Shown here: in pieces, positions 1 to 9,451 of the stretch
Layout of the letters: each line of letters begins with the position of its first letter
How positions within the stretch are numbered: position 1 is the stretch's first letter
Source of the DNA: Acidobacteriota bacterium
GTDB taxonomy: Bacteria > Acidobacteriota > UBA6911
Length of the DNA: 64,000 bases
Direction of reading: 5' to 3'
Assembly: GCA_012719455.1 (NCBI GenBank)
Contig: JAAYAJ010000023.1
Coordinates: 33,045-97,044 of the forward strand
The notes under the pieces: generated by a model
The model's input: only the letters and a program-made list of their open reading frames with translations
Told to the model about the DNA's origin: nothing
Databases searched by the model: none
Made by a program: the position numbers and the translations under genes

Positions 1-259
1 GGCTGACGATATGGGCGGTGGCGTTGAGCACCGGCTTGCGGTTCGACATCGTCCTGCGGAGCGCGCAGGCGTTCTCGCAGATGTTGGCGCGGAAGACGTC
101 CGAGCAGCGCTGTCCCAGGGCTTCCTCCCGGGGAACTTGGGTGATCTCCTCGGCCGCCCGGTTGAAGCCCGTGATGCGCCATTCGAGATCGACGGTGAAG
201 ACCCCCTCGTTGATGGAATCCAGAATGGTCTGTTCCCTTCCTTCAGGCTGCCGGCTCAC
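1..259 (-). CDS. sigma-54-dependent transcriptional regulator, N-terminal PAS domain (partial; gene continues past window start). Putative GTG start at 259
   Basis: Minus-strand translation gives VSRQPEGREQTILDSINEGVFTVDLEWRITGFNRAAEEITQVPREEALGQRCSDVFRANICENACAL... This closely parallels the N-terminus of the complete regulator at 11695-13110 (ILESISDGVFTVDAGWNITSFNRAAEEITGV...RCSDVFRSSLCGQECAL). The frame is open to the window edge. Confidence 0.6.
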   Translation of the reverse strand, partial: MSRQPEGREQTILDSINEGVFTVDLEWRITGFNRAAEEITQVPREEALGQRCSDVFRANICENACALRRTMSNRKPVLNATAHIVS

Positions 260-356
260 ACACCCCCCATGTCAATGCAAAATGCAAAACAATAATACCA
301 TCATCCTTGCATTATGCAATACACATGCAGGCACAAAGGGACATTCCCGCCAGGGG

Positions 357-1142
357 TCACAGCCGCAGCGACAGTTTGCGGGCCGCGCGGCGGAACTGGC
401 GCGTCCCGCCCCCCTCGCTCACGGTTTTGAGGATCTGGGCGGAGTCCACGACCTGGAAGCCTGAAAGGAGGGTCACGCCGTACGGACGGAAGACTTCGGG
501 GAGGAAGGGGGTGGAGGGCCCGAGCACCGCGATCTCGCGCGCGCCCCGGCACAGCTCCAGCAGCCGGTCGATCGTTTGGTTCAGGAGCGACGACGCGGTC
601 AGGATAACGACGTCGCAAGCCGGAAGGTGCTCGCCCGCCGCCGTGTCGGGCAGGATGTCAAACTCCGGGTTGGATTTGCGCTCGAAGATGCAGAGCGAGC
701 CGGCGCGTTCCCTCAAAGGCGCGACCAGGGGCCCGAAATAGCCCACCATGCCGACGGCATCCCCGGCCCGCACCTGGAGGATCTCGGCGATGTCCGCCTC
801 CACAGCCGTTTCCGGGGCGGGGACGAGGGCGTTGAGCGTCGCCAAGCCCACGGCCGCCGCCGTCACGTTCGGATTCTTCAGCCACTCCACCAATTCCGCG
901 GCGGTGCGCCCGGCCACGCGTCCGGCCGCGGGCACCACGCAGCACGACTCGTACTCCCCCTCGTGCAGGGTATAGGCGAGGCCGCACGCCCCGTCGTCCA
1001 GGCAGACCGCCGTATAACCCAGTCCGATCCGGACATCGGCCGCCATCCTCTCCGCACCCAGCTCCTTCACCCGGTCCACCAGTTCGCTTGCCAGCATCTG
1101 CAATCCCCCTTTGCCGTCGATGCATGCAATCGGCATTCCCAT
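357..1142 (-). CDS. DUF364/DUF4213-family protein (Rossmann-like, putative cofactor or heavy-metal chelation domain)
   Basis: 261-aa ORF with a Gly-rich nucleotide-binding-like segment. Family assignment is from recall of DUF364 sequences. Lies directly upstream of and co-oriented with the partial sigma-54 regulator. Confidence 0.55.
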   Translation of the reverse strand: MGMPIACIDGKGGLQMLASELVDRVKELGAERMAADVRIGLGYTAVCLDDGACGLAYTLHEGEYESCCVVPAAGRVAGRTAAELVEWLKNPNVTAAAVGLATLNALVPAPETAVEADIAEILQVRAGDAVGMVGYFGPLVAPLRERAGSLCIFERKSNPEFDILPDTAAGEHLPACDVVILTASSLLNQTIDRLLELCRGAREIAVLGPSTPFLPEVFRPYGVTLLSGFQVVDSAQILKTVSEGGGTRQFRRAARKLSLRL

Positions 1143-1159
1143 CCCGGATCATCCGGTTG

Positions 1160-1175
1160 AGGACCGCAAATTGCA
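1160..1175 (+). promoter_or_regulatory. candidate sigma-54 (-24/-12) promoter upstream of NifX-like gene 1
   Basis: aGGaccgcaaatTGCAtg: GG-N10-GC spacing is correct. The -12 TTGCA is a perfect match; the -24 element is weak (GGACC vs GGCAC). About 90 bp upstream of the ATG at 1268. Confidence 0.3.
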
Positions 1176-1267
1176 TGGGTCTATGGGGTATGAAAGTATC
1201 ATGATTTTCCCTATACTGTAATGCCGGTTGCTGAAAACCGGGTTACCGATCAAAAAGGAGAGAAAAA

Positions 1268-1642
1268 ATGAAGGTAGGATTCCCCATCGAGACAGACAAC
1301 GGAATGGACAGCAAGGTCTATGGACATTTCGGCTCCGCCCCGGCATTTCTCATCGTCGACACGGAGCTTGACCAGGCTACCACGGTCGGCGGCTCCAGCG
1401 AGCACAAGGAACATGGCGCATGCAACCCGGTAAAGACCCTTGGCGGCAACCTCCCGGACGCCCTGGTGACGGGGGGGATCGGGATGGGGGCCATCATGCG
1501 GCTGGGCGAGATGGGCGTAAAGATCTACCGCGCGGCGGCGCCCACCGTGGGGGAGAACCTGGCCCTGCTCAAGCAAAACGGCTTACAGGAATTCTCCGCC
1601 AACGACACCTGCAAGGGACATGAGGGAGGCTGCGCCCATTAG
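1268..1642 (+). CDS. NifX/NifB-like dinitrogenase FeMo-cofactor biosynthesis family protein (PF02579-like), paralogue 1
   Basis: 124 aa, MKVGFPIETDNGMDSKVYGHFGSAPAFLIVD...GGIGMGA, the typical Nitro_FeMo-Co fold signature. RBS AAAGGAGAGAAAAAATG. Confidence 0.75.
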   Translation: MKVGFPIETDNGMDSKVYGHFGSAPAFLIVDTELDQATTVGGSSEHKEHGACNPVKTLGGNLPDALVTGGIGMGAIMRLGEMGVKIYRAAAPTVGENLALLKQNGLQEFSANDTCKGHEGGCAH

Positions 1643-1674
1643 CCCACTCCGCGCGCAACCGGGGAAACCTTAGT

Positions 1675-2103
1675 ATGCCTGTTCCCACGCAACACCATCT
1701 CGAGGACTCCAGGAACCGGGAGCACCCGGACTGCATCGCCTGCGGTCAGGGGAAGCTTCCGGGCTTGGGGCTGGAATTCGCCGTGTGCGAGGACCAAGGG
1801 GTCCGGGCGGAGTTTCCCTGCGCCCGCATCTACCAGGGCTACCCTGGTCTGCTCCATGGCGGCATCAGCTCCATGCTCCTGGATGCGGCGATGACCAACT
1901 GCCTTTTCGCCCATAATATCAGCGCCCTGACGGCCCGGATGATTCTTCGCTACCTGCATCCGGTCGAAGTCGACCGGCCGGCGACGGTCAAGGCGTGGCT
2001 CCGTGAATATGAGCCCCCCCTCTACGTTCTGGAGGCGGAAATTGAACAGAACGGCCGGGTTCTGGTGAGGGCCTCCGCAAAGTTCATCAACCGGGAACAG
2101 TAG
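1675..2103 (+). CDS. hotdog-fold thioesterase, PaaI-like
   Basis: 142 aa with the YQGYPGLLHGGISSMLLDAAM motif (an HGG thioesterase signature). Confidence 0.5.
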   Translation: MPVPTQHHLEDSRNREHPDCIACGQGKLPGLGLEFAVCEDQGVRAEFPCARIYQGYPGLLHGGISSMLLDAAMTNCLFAHNISALTARMILRYLHPVEVDRPATVKAWLREYEPPLYVLEAEIEQNGRVLVRASAKFINREQ

Positions 2104-2187
2104 CCGTTTTTGTCCCGATCGCGGTTGCATTTTGCGCGGATTCCCGCCAGAATTCCAAATTCAGCGCCGATTTAGGGAGACAATTCC

Positions 2188-2637
2188 ATGGACAACCCTG
2201 ACGAGGGGATGGAGCAGCCCGATTTCCCGGGTCCCATCCTTTTTTACAACGAAGAGGTGATCGATCATTTCACCAACCCGCGCAACGTGGGGGAACTCAC
2301 GGAGGCCGAAACGGACGGCTACGGGCTGGTCGGGGACCCCTCCTGCGGGGACCAGATGAAGCTCTGGATCCAGGTACGACAAAACCGGATCGAGAAGATC
2401 GCCTTCAAGTCCTTCGGCTGTCCCGGTGCCATCGCCACCAGCAGCATGCTGACGGAACTGGCGCAGGGTAAACCGGTCGAAGAGGCAAAGAGCATCACCG
2501 ACGACGACGTGGTGGAGGCCCTCGGGGGCATTCCGGAACGAAAGAAACACTGCTCGCTCCTGGGGGTGATGGCGCTCCAGGCCGCGATCCGGGACTGGGA
2601 AAGCCGGGGATCGGCGGGCGGGGGATCGCAACAGTGA
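2188..2637 (+). CDS. nifU: Fe-S cluster assembly scaffold protein, NifU/IscU N-terminal type
   Basis: 149 aa. Carries the conserved Cys-containing scaffold segments (GDPSCGDQM, FGCPGAIATSS, KKHCS). Overlaps the downstream nifS by 4 nt. Confidence 0.8.
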   Translation: MDNPDEGMEQPDFPGPILFYNEEVIDHFTNPRNVGELTEAETDGYGLVGDPSCGDQMKLWIQVRQNRIEKIAFKSFGCPGAIATSSMLTELAQGKPVEEAKSITDDDVVEALGGIPERKKHCSLLGVMALQAAIRDWESRGSAGGGSQQ

Positions 2638-3779
2638 TATACCTCGATCACAACGCCACCACCCCGCTCGACCGCCGGGTGCTGGATGCCATGACCCCCT
2701 ACCTGACCGAACAGTGGGGCAACAGCTCGAGCCCCTACCGCTTCGGCAACCAGGCGCGGATAGCCCTGGAAAACGCCCGGGCCCGCGTTGCGGCGTGCAT
2801 CGGCGCCGCCGCCGACGAGATCGTCTTCTGCGCAAGCGGGACGGAGGCGGACAACCTCGCCGTCCGCGGGGTCGCCGCCGCCCTGCGCGAGCGCGGCAAC
2901 CACATCGTCACCTCGTCCGTGGAGCACCATGCCGTGCTCCACACCTGCCGCGCGCTCGAGGCGGAAGGGTATCGCGTCACCTATCTCCCGGTCGACCGCG
3001 ACGGCCTCGTCGACATCGAGGAACTGGAGCGGAACCTCACGCCGGGCACCATCCTCGTCAGCGTCATGCACGCCAACAACGAAACGGGGGTGCTGCAGCC
3101 GGTCGGGGAGATCGCCCGGATCGCCCGGGAACGGGGGATCGTGTTTCATTCCGACGCGGTCCAGACGGCGGGAAAACTGCCCGGAATGCTGTGCCACACC
3201 GGCGCCGACCTCCTCTCCTTTTCGGCGCACAAGTTCTACGGCCCCAAGGGGGTCGGCGCCCTCTACGTCCGCCGCGGGACCCCCCTGCTTGCCCGAATCA
3301 CCGGGGGACCCCATGAGCACGGCCTGCGCGCCGGGACCGAAAATGTCCCCGGCATCGTCGGCCTGGCCGCCGCTCTCGCCCTGGCGGTGGAGTCGGCCGG
3401 GACGGAGGCTCCCGGGAGCGCCCGGCTGCGGGACCGGTTCGAATCCCTCGTCCTCCAGACCATTCCGGGCGCACGGATCAACGGGAACGGGGCCCCGCGC
3501 GTAGCCAACACCTCCAACCTGAGCTTTGACGCCGTGGACGGGGAATCGATCGTGCTGGGACTCGACCTGTCAGGGATCTGCATCTCGACCGGCTCGGCCT
3601 GCTCCACGGGGGACCCGGAACCCTCCCACGTGCTCCTGGCCATGGGGCTTTCCCCGAAGGAAGCGCAGGGTTCGGTCCGGGTTTCGCTCGGCCGGCACAC
3701 TGTAGCGGCGGAGATCGACGCCGCCGCATCCGCCCTGGAGCGGACGGTCGCGCGCCTGCGCGCCATTTCGTCCCTGTAG
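2634..3779 (+). CDS. nifS: cysteine desulfurase (NifS/IscS family, PLP-dependent). GTG start
   Basis: 381 aa. Aminotransferase class V hallmarks include the SFSAHKFYGPKG PLP-lysine region and the STGSACS active-site Cys loop. Translationally coupled to nifU. Confidence 0.85.
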   Translation: MIYLDHNATTPLDRRVLDAMTPYLTEQWGNSSSPYRFGNQARIALENARARVAACIGAAADEIVFCASGTEADNLAVRGVAAALRERGNHIVTSSVEHHAVLHTCRALEAEGYRVTYLPVDRDGLVDIEELERNLTPGTILVSVMHANNETGVLQPVGEIARIARERGIVFHSDAVQTAGKLPGMLCHTGADLLSFSAHKFYGPKGVGALYVRRGTPLLARITGGPHEHGLRAGTENVPGIVGLAAALALAVESAGTEAPGSARLRDRFESLVLQTIPGARINGNGAPRVANTSNLSFDAVDGESIVLGLDLSGICISTGSACSTGDPEPSHVLLAMGLSPKEAQGSVRVSLGRHTVAAEIDAAASALERTVARLRAISSL

Positions 3780-3784
3780 CCGCC

Positions 3785-4510
3785 CTACAGCCCCCAGCTC
3801 TTGAACATGTCCCGGTAAAACTGCGGCTGCTCGAAATCGGGGCGCATGACCATGTTGTGCTCCTTGTAGGAGAACATTCCTCCCGCCTCGAGCCCCGCGA
3901 CGAGGCCCGCCACCTTGGCCCCGGGGACGGCGAAGATGATTTCGTCCTCGGCAGTCAGCGCCCGCTGGTATTCGCCGGGATCGGGGAGCACCACCCACGA
4001 CTTTCCAGTCTTGATCGGTTCCACGACCGAATAGCCGCAGGAGGGGGGGAAGAAATGGCCCCGGACTTCGGGCACCTCCCCGATCTTCATCGAGAGGAGC
4101 AGGGCCCGCAGTTGGGCGTTGTTCATGTAGGCCAGGACCACGTCGGGCACGAAGGCGGCCTTTTTGAGCGGGGCGGTGAGCACCCCGACATACTTCCCCC
4201 GCTCGAAGGAGTCGTAGGGGTGGCTCCAGGCGGAGATCGAATCGGGTTTATCCACCATTCCGTAGGCCATCAGCGCGGTCGGGCACCAATGATCCTCCCC
4301 GAGCATCGCCACGGTCTTCCCTTCGCGCCGCGACAGGGCGACGGCCTGGCACTGGGCAAGATGGACCTTGCCGTCCCTGAAGGGGCGGAAGGCGTCGGGC
4401 GGAATCTCCGCTCCTTTCTCCAGCATCTTCAGGGCGACGGGTGACGTCCTCAGGATCAGGGTGTTCTCCAGTTTTTCCCCGTACGTATTGAAATCCTTCA
4501 CTGCGGGCAT
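3785..4510 (-). CDS. DUF169 domain protein
   Basis: 241-aa ORF with clean codon structure. Family call from recall of DUF169 (COG2043) sequences. Confidence 0.55.
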   Translation of the reverse strand: MPAVKDFNTYGEKLENTLILRTSPVALKMLEKGAEIPPDAFRPFRDGKVHLAQCQAVALSRREGKTVAMLGEDHWCPTALMAYGMVDKPDSISAWSHPYDSFERGKYVGVLTAPLKKAAFVPDVVLAYMNNAQLRALLLSMKIGEVPEVRGHFFPPSCGYSVVEPIKTGKSWVVLPDPGEYQRALTAEDEIIFAVPGAKVAGLVAGLEAGGMFSYKEHNMVMRPDFEQPQFYRDMFKSWGL

Positions 4511-4563
4511 GCGCCTCCTCCTTCGATATGGTTTGCGGTTGTCCCCTTATAGGCCCGCGCCGG

Positions 4564-5514
4564 CTACCGGGTCAAGGCCGAAAACCGGTAGTGGGCCGCC
4601 GCCGTATTGAGTTCGAAAACCCCGGGCATCTCCCGGCTGAAGGCGGTGAGAGCCTCGAACCCGGTGCAATGGGCCGGAATCAGGTGCCGGGGCGCCAGCC
4701 CCCGGATGTCCGCGATGGTCCTCCGGATCCTGTCGGCCGGGGCGTTGATCAGGTGGAAACCGCCGATGACGGCATGGACTTTGCGGACGCCCGAGACTTT
4801 CTGCGCCTGCCGGACGGTGTTGACGATTCCGGCGTGGGCGCAGCCCGAAACCACCACCAGCCCCTTCCCCTTCAACACGAAGAAGAGGGCCAGCTCCCCC
4901 GGGAAATCGTCCTGCTCCATCCGCTCCCCGCGCCGCACCAGCAGGGCGGGATTCGGAGTCTCGTAATCAGTCTCCCGCCCGATCCCGCCCGTCACCCAGA
5001 TTCCCGGGAGGATCTCGCCCGGGTCCCGGACCTCGACGGGGCGCACCCCCAGGGCTTCGAGCCCGCCCCTTTTCAACTGACCGATATCCTGCACCTCCAC
5101 GCTGCCGGGGCGCAGCGACCCGCGGCGGAGAAACGCCTCCACCCCGGCATAAAAGGGGAGACCCCCGGGGCTTCCGACCCGCCGCAGGATCTCCGCCGCC
5201 CCCGACCAGTGGTCGAAATGCCCATGGCTCAGGACAAAAGCCCCGCTATTCCCAAGGTCCAGGCCCAGCAGCCGGGCGTTGTCCAGTATCCTTTCCCCGT
5301 CGAGGCCGAAATCGAACATGCAGCGGCTCGTCCCGGCGCCCGTGGACACCTCGATGTAGTACGAGAGCCCGTGCTCGGCGTGGATGCATTCGCCCGCGCC
5401 CACGCGGTAGTGGGTGGACACCTCCGAATCGGGCCTCAGCGAGTCGTAGTAGTTGTCCGTAAGCACCCAGATGCGGACTTCATCCGCTTCCATCGTATGA
5501 CCGGCTTGTACCAT
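4564..5514 (-). CDS. MBL-fold metallo-hydrolase (COG1237-like)
   Basis: 316 aa with the metal-binding motif SHGHFDHWSG. Confidence 0.7.
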   Translation of the reverse strand: MVQAGHTMEADEVRIWVLTDNYYDSLRPDSEVSTHYRVGAGECIHAEHGLSYYIEVSTGAGTSRCMFDFGLDGERILDNARLLGLDLGNSGAFVLSHGHFDHWSGAAEILRRVGSPGGLPFYAGVEAFLRRGSLRPGSVEVQDIGQLKRGGLEALGVRPVEVRDPGEILPGIWVTGGIGRETDYETPNPALLVRRGERMEQDDFPGELALFFVLKGKGLVVVSGCAHAGIVNTVRQAQKVSGVRKVHAVIGGFHLINAPADRIRRTIADIRGLAPRHLIPAHCTGFEALTAFSREMPGVFELNTAAAHYRFSALTR

Positions 5515-5597
5515 TCCCCCCTCCTGGATTCGAGATCAGGGGCCGCAGCCGGCCCCTTCCCCCTCCTTGCAATTCTCCGGCCAGAGCCTGTACCATC

Positions 5598-5613
5598 TGG
5601 CCCATAAAATGCA
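5598..5613 (+). promoter_or_regulatory. candidate sigma-54 promoter upstream of the DsrE-like gene
   Basis: cTGGCCCataaaaTGCAtgg: TGGCCC has 5/6 matches to TGGCAC. GG-N10-GC spacing is exact. About 40 bp upstream of the ATG at 5656. Confidence 0.5.
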
Positions 5614-5655
5614 TGGTTTTTGAAGGGAATCCATAAAGAGAAAAGGAGACATCGA

Positions 5656-5976
5656 ATGAAACTGGGCATGATCATCAGTCAGACCGATCCGGAAACCGTG
5701 TTCAACGCCTTGCGCCTGGCACTCTACAGTCTCGAGCAGGGGGACCAGGTGCGCATCTTCCTCTCCGGCAGGGGGGTGGAGATCGACGACATCGAGGATG
5801 CCCGCTTCAACGTCAGGGAGCTGGCCCGGAAAATCCTGGACGCGGGGGGGGAATTCCTGGCCTGCGGCACCTGTCTCAAACTTCGCCAGTCCGAGGGCTC
5901 CGAAATCTGCCCCCTGTCCACCCTCAAGGACCACTATGAAATCGTCCGTGATTCGGACCGGCTGGTCACTATCTGA
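5656..5976 (+). CDS. DsrE/DsrF-like family protein (sulfur-relay-like fold)
   Basis: 106 aa, MKLGMIISQTDPETVFNALRLALYSLEQGDQVRIFLSGRGV...ACGTCL. Start chosen at the internal ATG, which has a GGAG RBS 7 nt upstream. Confidence 0.6.
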   Translation: MKLGMIISQTDPETVFNALRLALYSLEQGDQVRIFLSGRGVEIDDIEDARFNVRELARKILDAGGEFLACGTCLKLRQSEGSEICPLSTLKDHYEIVRDSDRLVTI

Positions 5977-6120
5977 TAGGTCGAGGGCCCCGAGCCCGGA
6001 CGACGTGATTATGGTGGAGACCCCTTCTCCCGGTGTGCTCAAATCCCGGGAAGCGCCGGCCCTTCGCGGCCGGTGCGGCGGAGGGTCCCCATGTTTCACC
6101 CGATACGGCGAGGATATGCA

Positions 6121-7428
6121 ATGAAAAACTTCGGCATCAGGATAATGGCGTCGGCGGCCCTGGCGCTCTGTCTCATTTTATCGGTCCCCGGCCGGACCTC
6201 GGGGAGCGAGCCCCCGACGACAGGGGCCTCGGCACGGCCCGATCACGTCACCCTCACCTGGACCGGGGACCCGGCCACGACGATGACGGTCACCTGGAGA
6301 ACGGATGCCACGGTCGGGGAGAGCTTCGTCGAGTACGGGCAGGGGGCCGCTCTCACCGGCAAAGCGCTCCGGGCGCCGGGGACGGCGCGCGATTTCACCT
6401 CCGACCTGGGGACGGCGCGGATCTTCTCAGCTACCCTCGCGGGGCTCGCCCCGGGCAAGCGCTACACCTACCGGGTCGGCGGCGGCGACCATTGGAGCGA
6501 AACCTCGAGTTTCGAGACCGCCCGGAAGAAGATCGACCGGTTCACCTTCCTCATTTTCGGCGACAGCCAGGCCCCGATCGACGGGGACGCTCCCTTCGGC
6601 ATCTGGCGCCGCACGGCGCTGAGCGCCATAAGGGAAAACCCCGAAGCACGCTTTATGGTCCTCACCGGCGACCTCACCGACTGGGGGTTGATGCAGGCCC
6701 ACTGGAACGCCTGGTTCGCCGCTTCCCGCGGCATCATCGACCGGCTCCCGTTCATGCCCGTATCGGGGAACCACGAGCATTACGGCTCCCGGAAAGCGGC
6801 CCGGCAGGATTACTACCTCGCGCAGTTCACCCTTCCCGGCAACGGGCCCGAAGGGCTCCGGGGCCAAGCCTATTCCTACGACTACGGCCCGGTCCATTTC
6901 GTGGTGCTCGACAGCCAGCAGGTGGAGCAGCGCCAGCAGGGGGACATCCTCACGCCCCAGAAGGAATGGCTCGAACGGGACCTGGCGGGGAGCGAGGCCC
7001 CCTGGAAGATCGCCTTCTTTCACCGCCCCCCCTACGGGACGAAGCTGAACCGGGACGAGGCCGAGATCCGCGACGCCTTCTGCCCGATCCTGGAACGTCA
7101 CGGCGTCGACCTGGTCTTCAATGCCCACGACCACGGGATCTCCCGCACCCCTCCCATGAAGGGGGGCGTCGCGATGGAAAAAGCCTCGGAGGGAACGATC
7201 TACCTCGTGGTGGGACACAGCGGCGGGAAAACCTACAAGGACAACGCCAGGAAGGAGTTCCACGACTTCTTCTACAATCCCCTCGACCAACCCAACTACT
7301 GGGTGCTCGAAGCTTCGGAAAAGAAAATCGGGGTGAAGGCGCGGAAAGTCGACGGAACAATCATCGACTCCTTCGAGATCGACAGCAAGGGGACCTTCAA
7401 ACAGAAAGAGCAGCTGAAGGAAAACTAG
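6121..7428 (+). CDS. secreted purple-acid-phosphatase-like metallophosphoesterase
   Basis: Signal peptide MKNFGIRIMASAALALCLILSVPG. Metallophosphatase motifs GDSQ, GDLTD, GNHE and NAHDHG are present, after an N-terminal PAP/FN3-like domain. Confidence 0.75.
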   Translation: MKNFGIRIMASAALALCLILSVPGRTSGSEPPTTGASARPDHVTLTWTGDPATTMTVTWRTDATVGESFVEYGQGAALTGKALRAPGTARDFTSDLGTARIFSATLAGLAPGKRYTYRVGGGDHWSETSSFETARKKIDRFTFLIFGDSQAPIDGDAPFGIWRRTALSAIRENPEARFMVLTGDLTDWGLMQAHWNAWFAASRGIIDRLPFMPVSGNHEHYGSRKAARQDYYLAQFTLPGNGPEGLRGQAYSYDYGPVHFVVLDSQQVEQRQQGDILTPQKEWLERDLAGSEAPWKIAFFHRPPYGTKLNRDEAEIRDAFCPILERHGVDLVFNAHDHGISRTPPMKGGVAMEKASEGTIYLVVGHSGGKTYKDNARKEFHDFFYNPLDQPNYWVLEASEKKIGVKARKVDGTIIDSFEIDSKGTFKQKEQLKEN

Positions 7429-7440
7429 CCCGCGGCCGCC

Positions 7441-7473
7441 CGGCAGGGGGCGGGCCAGGCCCTCCCCCTGCCG
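7441..7473. terminator. GC-rich hairpin between convergent genes (possible bidirectional terminator)
   Basis: cggcaggggg-N13-ccccctgccg: a perfect 10-bp stem lying between the stop codons at 7428 and 7478. The U-tract is weak. Confidence 0.4.
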
Positions 7474-7477
7474 CACC

Positions 7478-9163
7478 CTATCCTATTTCCTTCTCGAACG
7501 GCCACATGGCCAGCCCGCCGTCGAGCACCTTCACGTCGACGAATCCCGCCCCGACGAGCACGCGCGACGCCTCGTACCCCCGGAGCGAAATGGCGCAGTA
7601 GCAGACAATCTCCCGGTCGCGCGGGACCTCCGCGAGCCTCCGGCGCAGGGCGCCCAGCGGAATCAGGGTGGACTTGGGGAGCCGGACCTCGGCGTACTCC
7701 TCCGGGGAGCGGGCGTCGAGCAGGAAGAAGTCCTCGTTTGCCTCGATCTTCCGGTGGACCTCTTCGGCCGTGATCCCGACCATGAGCCCGTCGCGCTTGT
7801 TGCGCACAACGTTGGCCGCGGTGACGAGATTGTCCATGGCGGAGGCATAGGGGGGGGCGTAGCTGAGATCGAGCCCGGCGATGTCATCGATCGTCATCCC
7901 TGCCGTGATCGCCGTGGCCGCCACGTCGATCCGCTTGGCCCCTTCCCCAGGTCCCGTGACCTGCACCCCCAGCAGCCGGCCGGTTTTCCGGTCGGCGACC
8001 ATTTTCACCAGGAGCGGCTTGGACTCGGACATGTAGTGGGCCCGGTCGGCGCCCGGGACCATCGCGCTGATCACCTCGTACCCGGCGGCGCGGGCCGCGC
8101 GCTCGGTCAGCCCGGTCCGGCCGGCGCAGTAGTCGAAGACCTTGCAGATGGAACTTGCGACGATGCCGGGAAAGATTTCGTTCCCGCCGCAGATGTTGCA
8201 GGCGGCCACGCGCCCCTGCTTGTTGGCCGTCGATCCCAGTGGGACGAAGCACGGGTTTCCCGTGATCCGGTCGATGCACTCGACGCAATCGCCCGCGGCG
8301 TAGATGTCGGGGTCGGAGGTCTGGAGGCGGTCGTTGACACGGATGGCGCCGGTCTTTTCCCCGATCTCGAGCCCCGCCCCCTTGGCGAGCGCCACGTTGG
8401 GGCGCACCCCGATGGCGATGATGACCATGTCGGCGGGAAGTTCGCCCTTGTCCGTCTTCACGTGGGTGATCTTCCCACCGCCCCCCCGGTCCTCCAAGGC
8501 AAGCGCACGGGTGCCGGACAGGATGCGCACCCCTTGCGATTCCATGTAATTCTCGACCAGGCGCGCCATGTCCCAGTCGAGCATGCCGAGGATCTGCGGC
8601 AGCATCTCCACGATGGTGACCCGGCAGCCGTGCGCCACCAGGGCCTCGGTAGCCTCCACCCCGATCAGCCCCCCCCCGATGACAACCACGTCCCTGGCCG
8701 TACGTTCCGTGACCAGGCGCTTGATCCCCTCGGCGTCATGGATGCCGTGGAGCGTGAACACGTTCCCCTTGTCCACCCCGGGGATCGGGGGGATCATGGG
8801 AGTCGCCCCGGTGGCCAGGACCAGCTTGTCGTAATCGAGCGTCGACTCCTGCCGCGTGGCCAGGTCCCTGACGCGGACGCTCCGGGCGACGCGGTCGATC
8901 TCGAGCGCCTCCGTGCCGCTGCGGACCTCGAAGTTTTTCACGTTCCGGAAAAAGACCTCGTCCCGGATCACGCCGGCCGAAGTCCCCATAAGCTCCCGTT
9001 GCTCCTTGATCTCGCCCGAGACGTAGTAAGGGAGCCCGCACCCCGCGTAGGAGAGAAACGACCCCTTTTCGATGATGGTGACCTGGGCGTCCGGCGCCAT
9101 GCGCATGATCCTCGAAGCTGCCTTGGGGCCCGCGGCCACCCCCCCGATGATGACGACTTTCAC
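7478..9163 (-). CDS. CoA-disulfide reductase/NADH oxidase-family FAD flavoprotein with C-terminal rhodanese domain (GTG start)
   Basis: An FAD/NAD(P) disulfide-oxidoreductase fold carries a C-terminal rhodanese domain with the active-site Cys (CYCAISLRG). The GTG start has a GGAGA RBS. Confidence 0.8.
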   Translation of the reverse strand: MKVVIIGGVAAGPKAASRIMRMAPDAQVTIIEKGSFLSYAGCGLPYYVSGEIKEQRELMGTSAGVIRDEVFFRNVKNFEVRSGTEALEIDRVARSVRVRDLATRQESTLDYDKLVLATGATPMIPPIPGVDKGNVFTLHGIHDAEGIKRLVTERTARDVVVIGGGLIGVEATEALVAHGCRVTIVEMLPQILGMLDWDMARLVENYMESQGVRILSGTRALALEDRGGGGKITHVKTDKGELPADMVIIAIGVRPNVALAKGAGLEIGEKTGAIRVNDRLQTSDPDIYAAGDCVECIDRITGNPCFVPLGSTANKQGRVAACNICGGNEIFPGIVASSICKVFDYCAGRTGLTERAARAAGYEVISAMVPGADRAHYMSESKPLLVKMVADRKTGRLLGVQVTGPGEGAKRIDVAATAITAGMTIDDIAGLDLSYAPPYASAMDNLVTAANVVRNKRDGLMVGITAEEVHRKIEANEDFFLLDARSPEEYAEVRLPKSTLIPLGALRRRLAEVPRDREIVCYCAISLRGYEASRVLVGAGFVDVKVLDGGLAMWPFEKEIG

Positions 9164-9228
9164 GCTGTCTCCTTTCCCGGCGGCACGCCGGATCAACCGT
9201 TATCGGCTTTTATACCGCCATCGTGCTC

Positions 9229-9240
9229 CGATTGCAATCG
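9229..9240. promoter_or_regulatory. perfect 12-bp palindrome CGATTGCAATCG (candidate regulator/enhancer site)
   Basis: Lies in the divergent intergenic region upstream of the sigma-54 promoter at 9452. Related TTTTGCA/TGCAAAA half-sites occur at 9332-9343 and 9367-9380. Confidence 0.3.
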
Positions 9241-9451
9241 CCGACCTCAAGGCGTCTCTTCCCGCCGTGGCCGCTCCCGTCCGTGGTCGACATCCACGAG
9301 AAGGATCCTGCCCGCACCGGAGCCGGGCATCCATGCAAAACACCCGAATCCAGCTCTCCATTGCGGGCATTTTGCAATGCTCGACGGTCTCTTGCCGCAT
9401 CCGGCGGGCCGTCCCCCCGCGATTATGGCCCCGGCGCGGGTCCCGGCCGAT

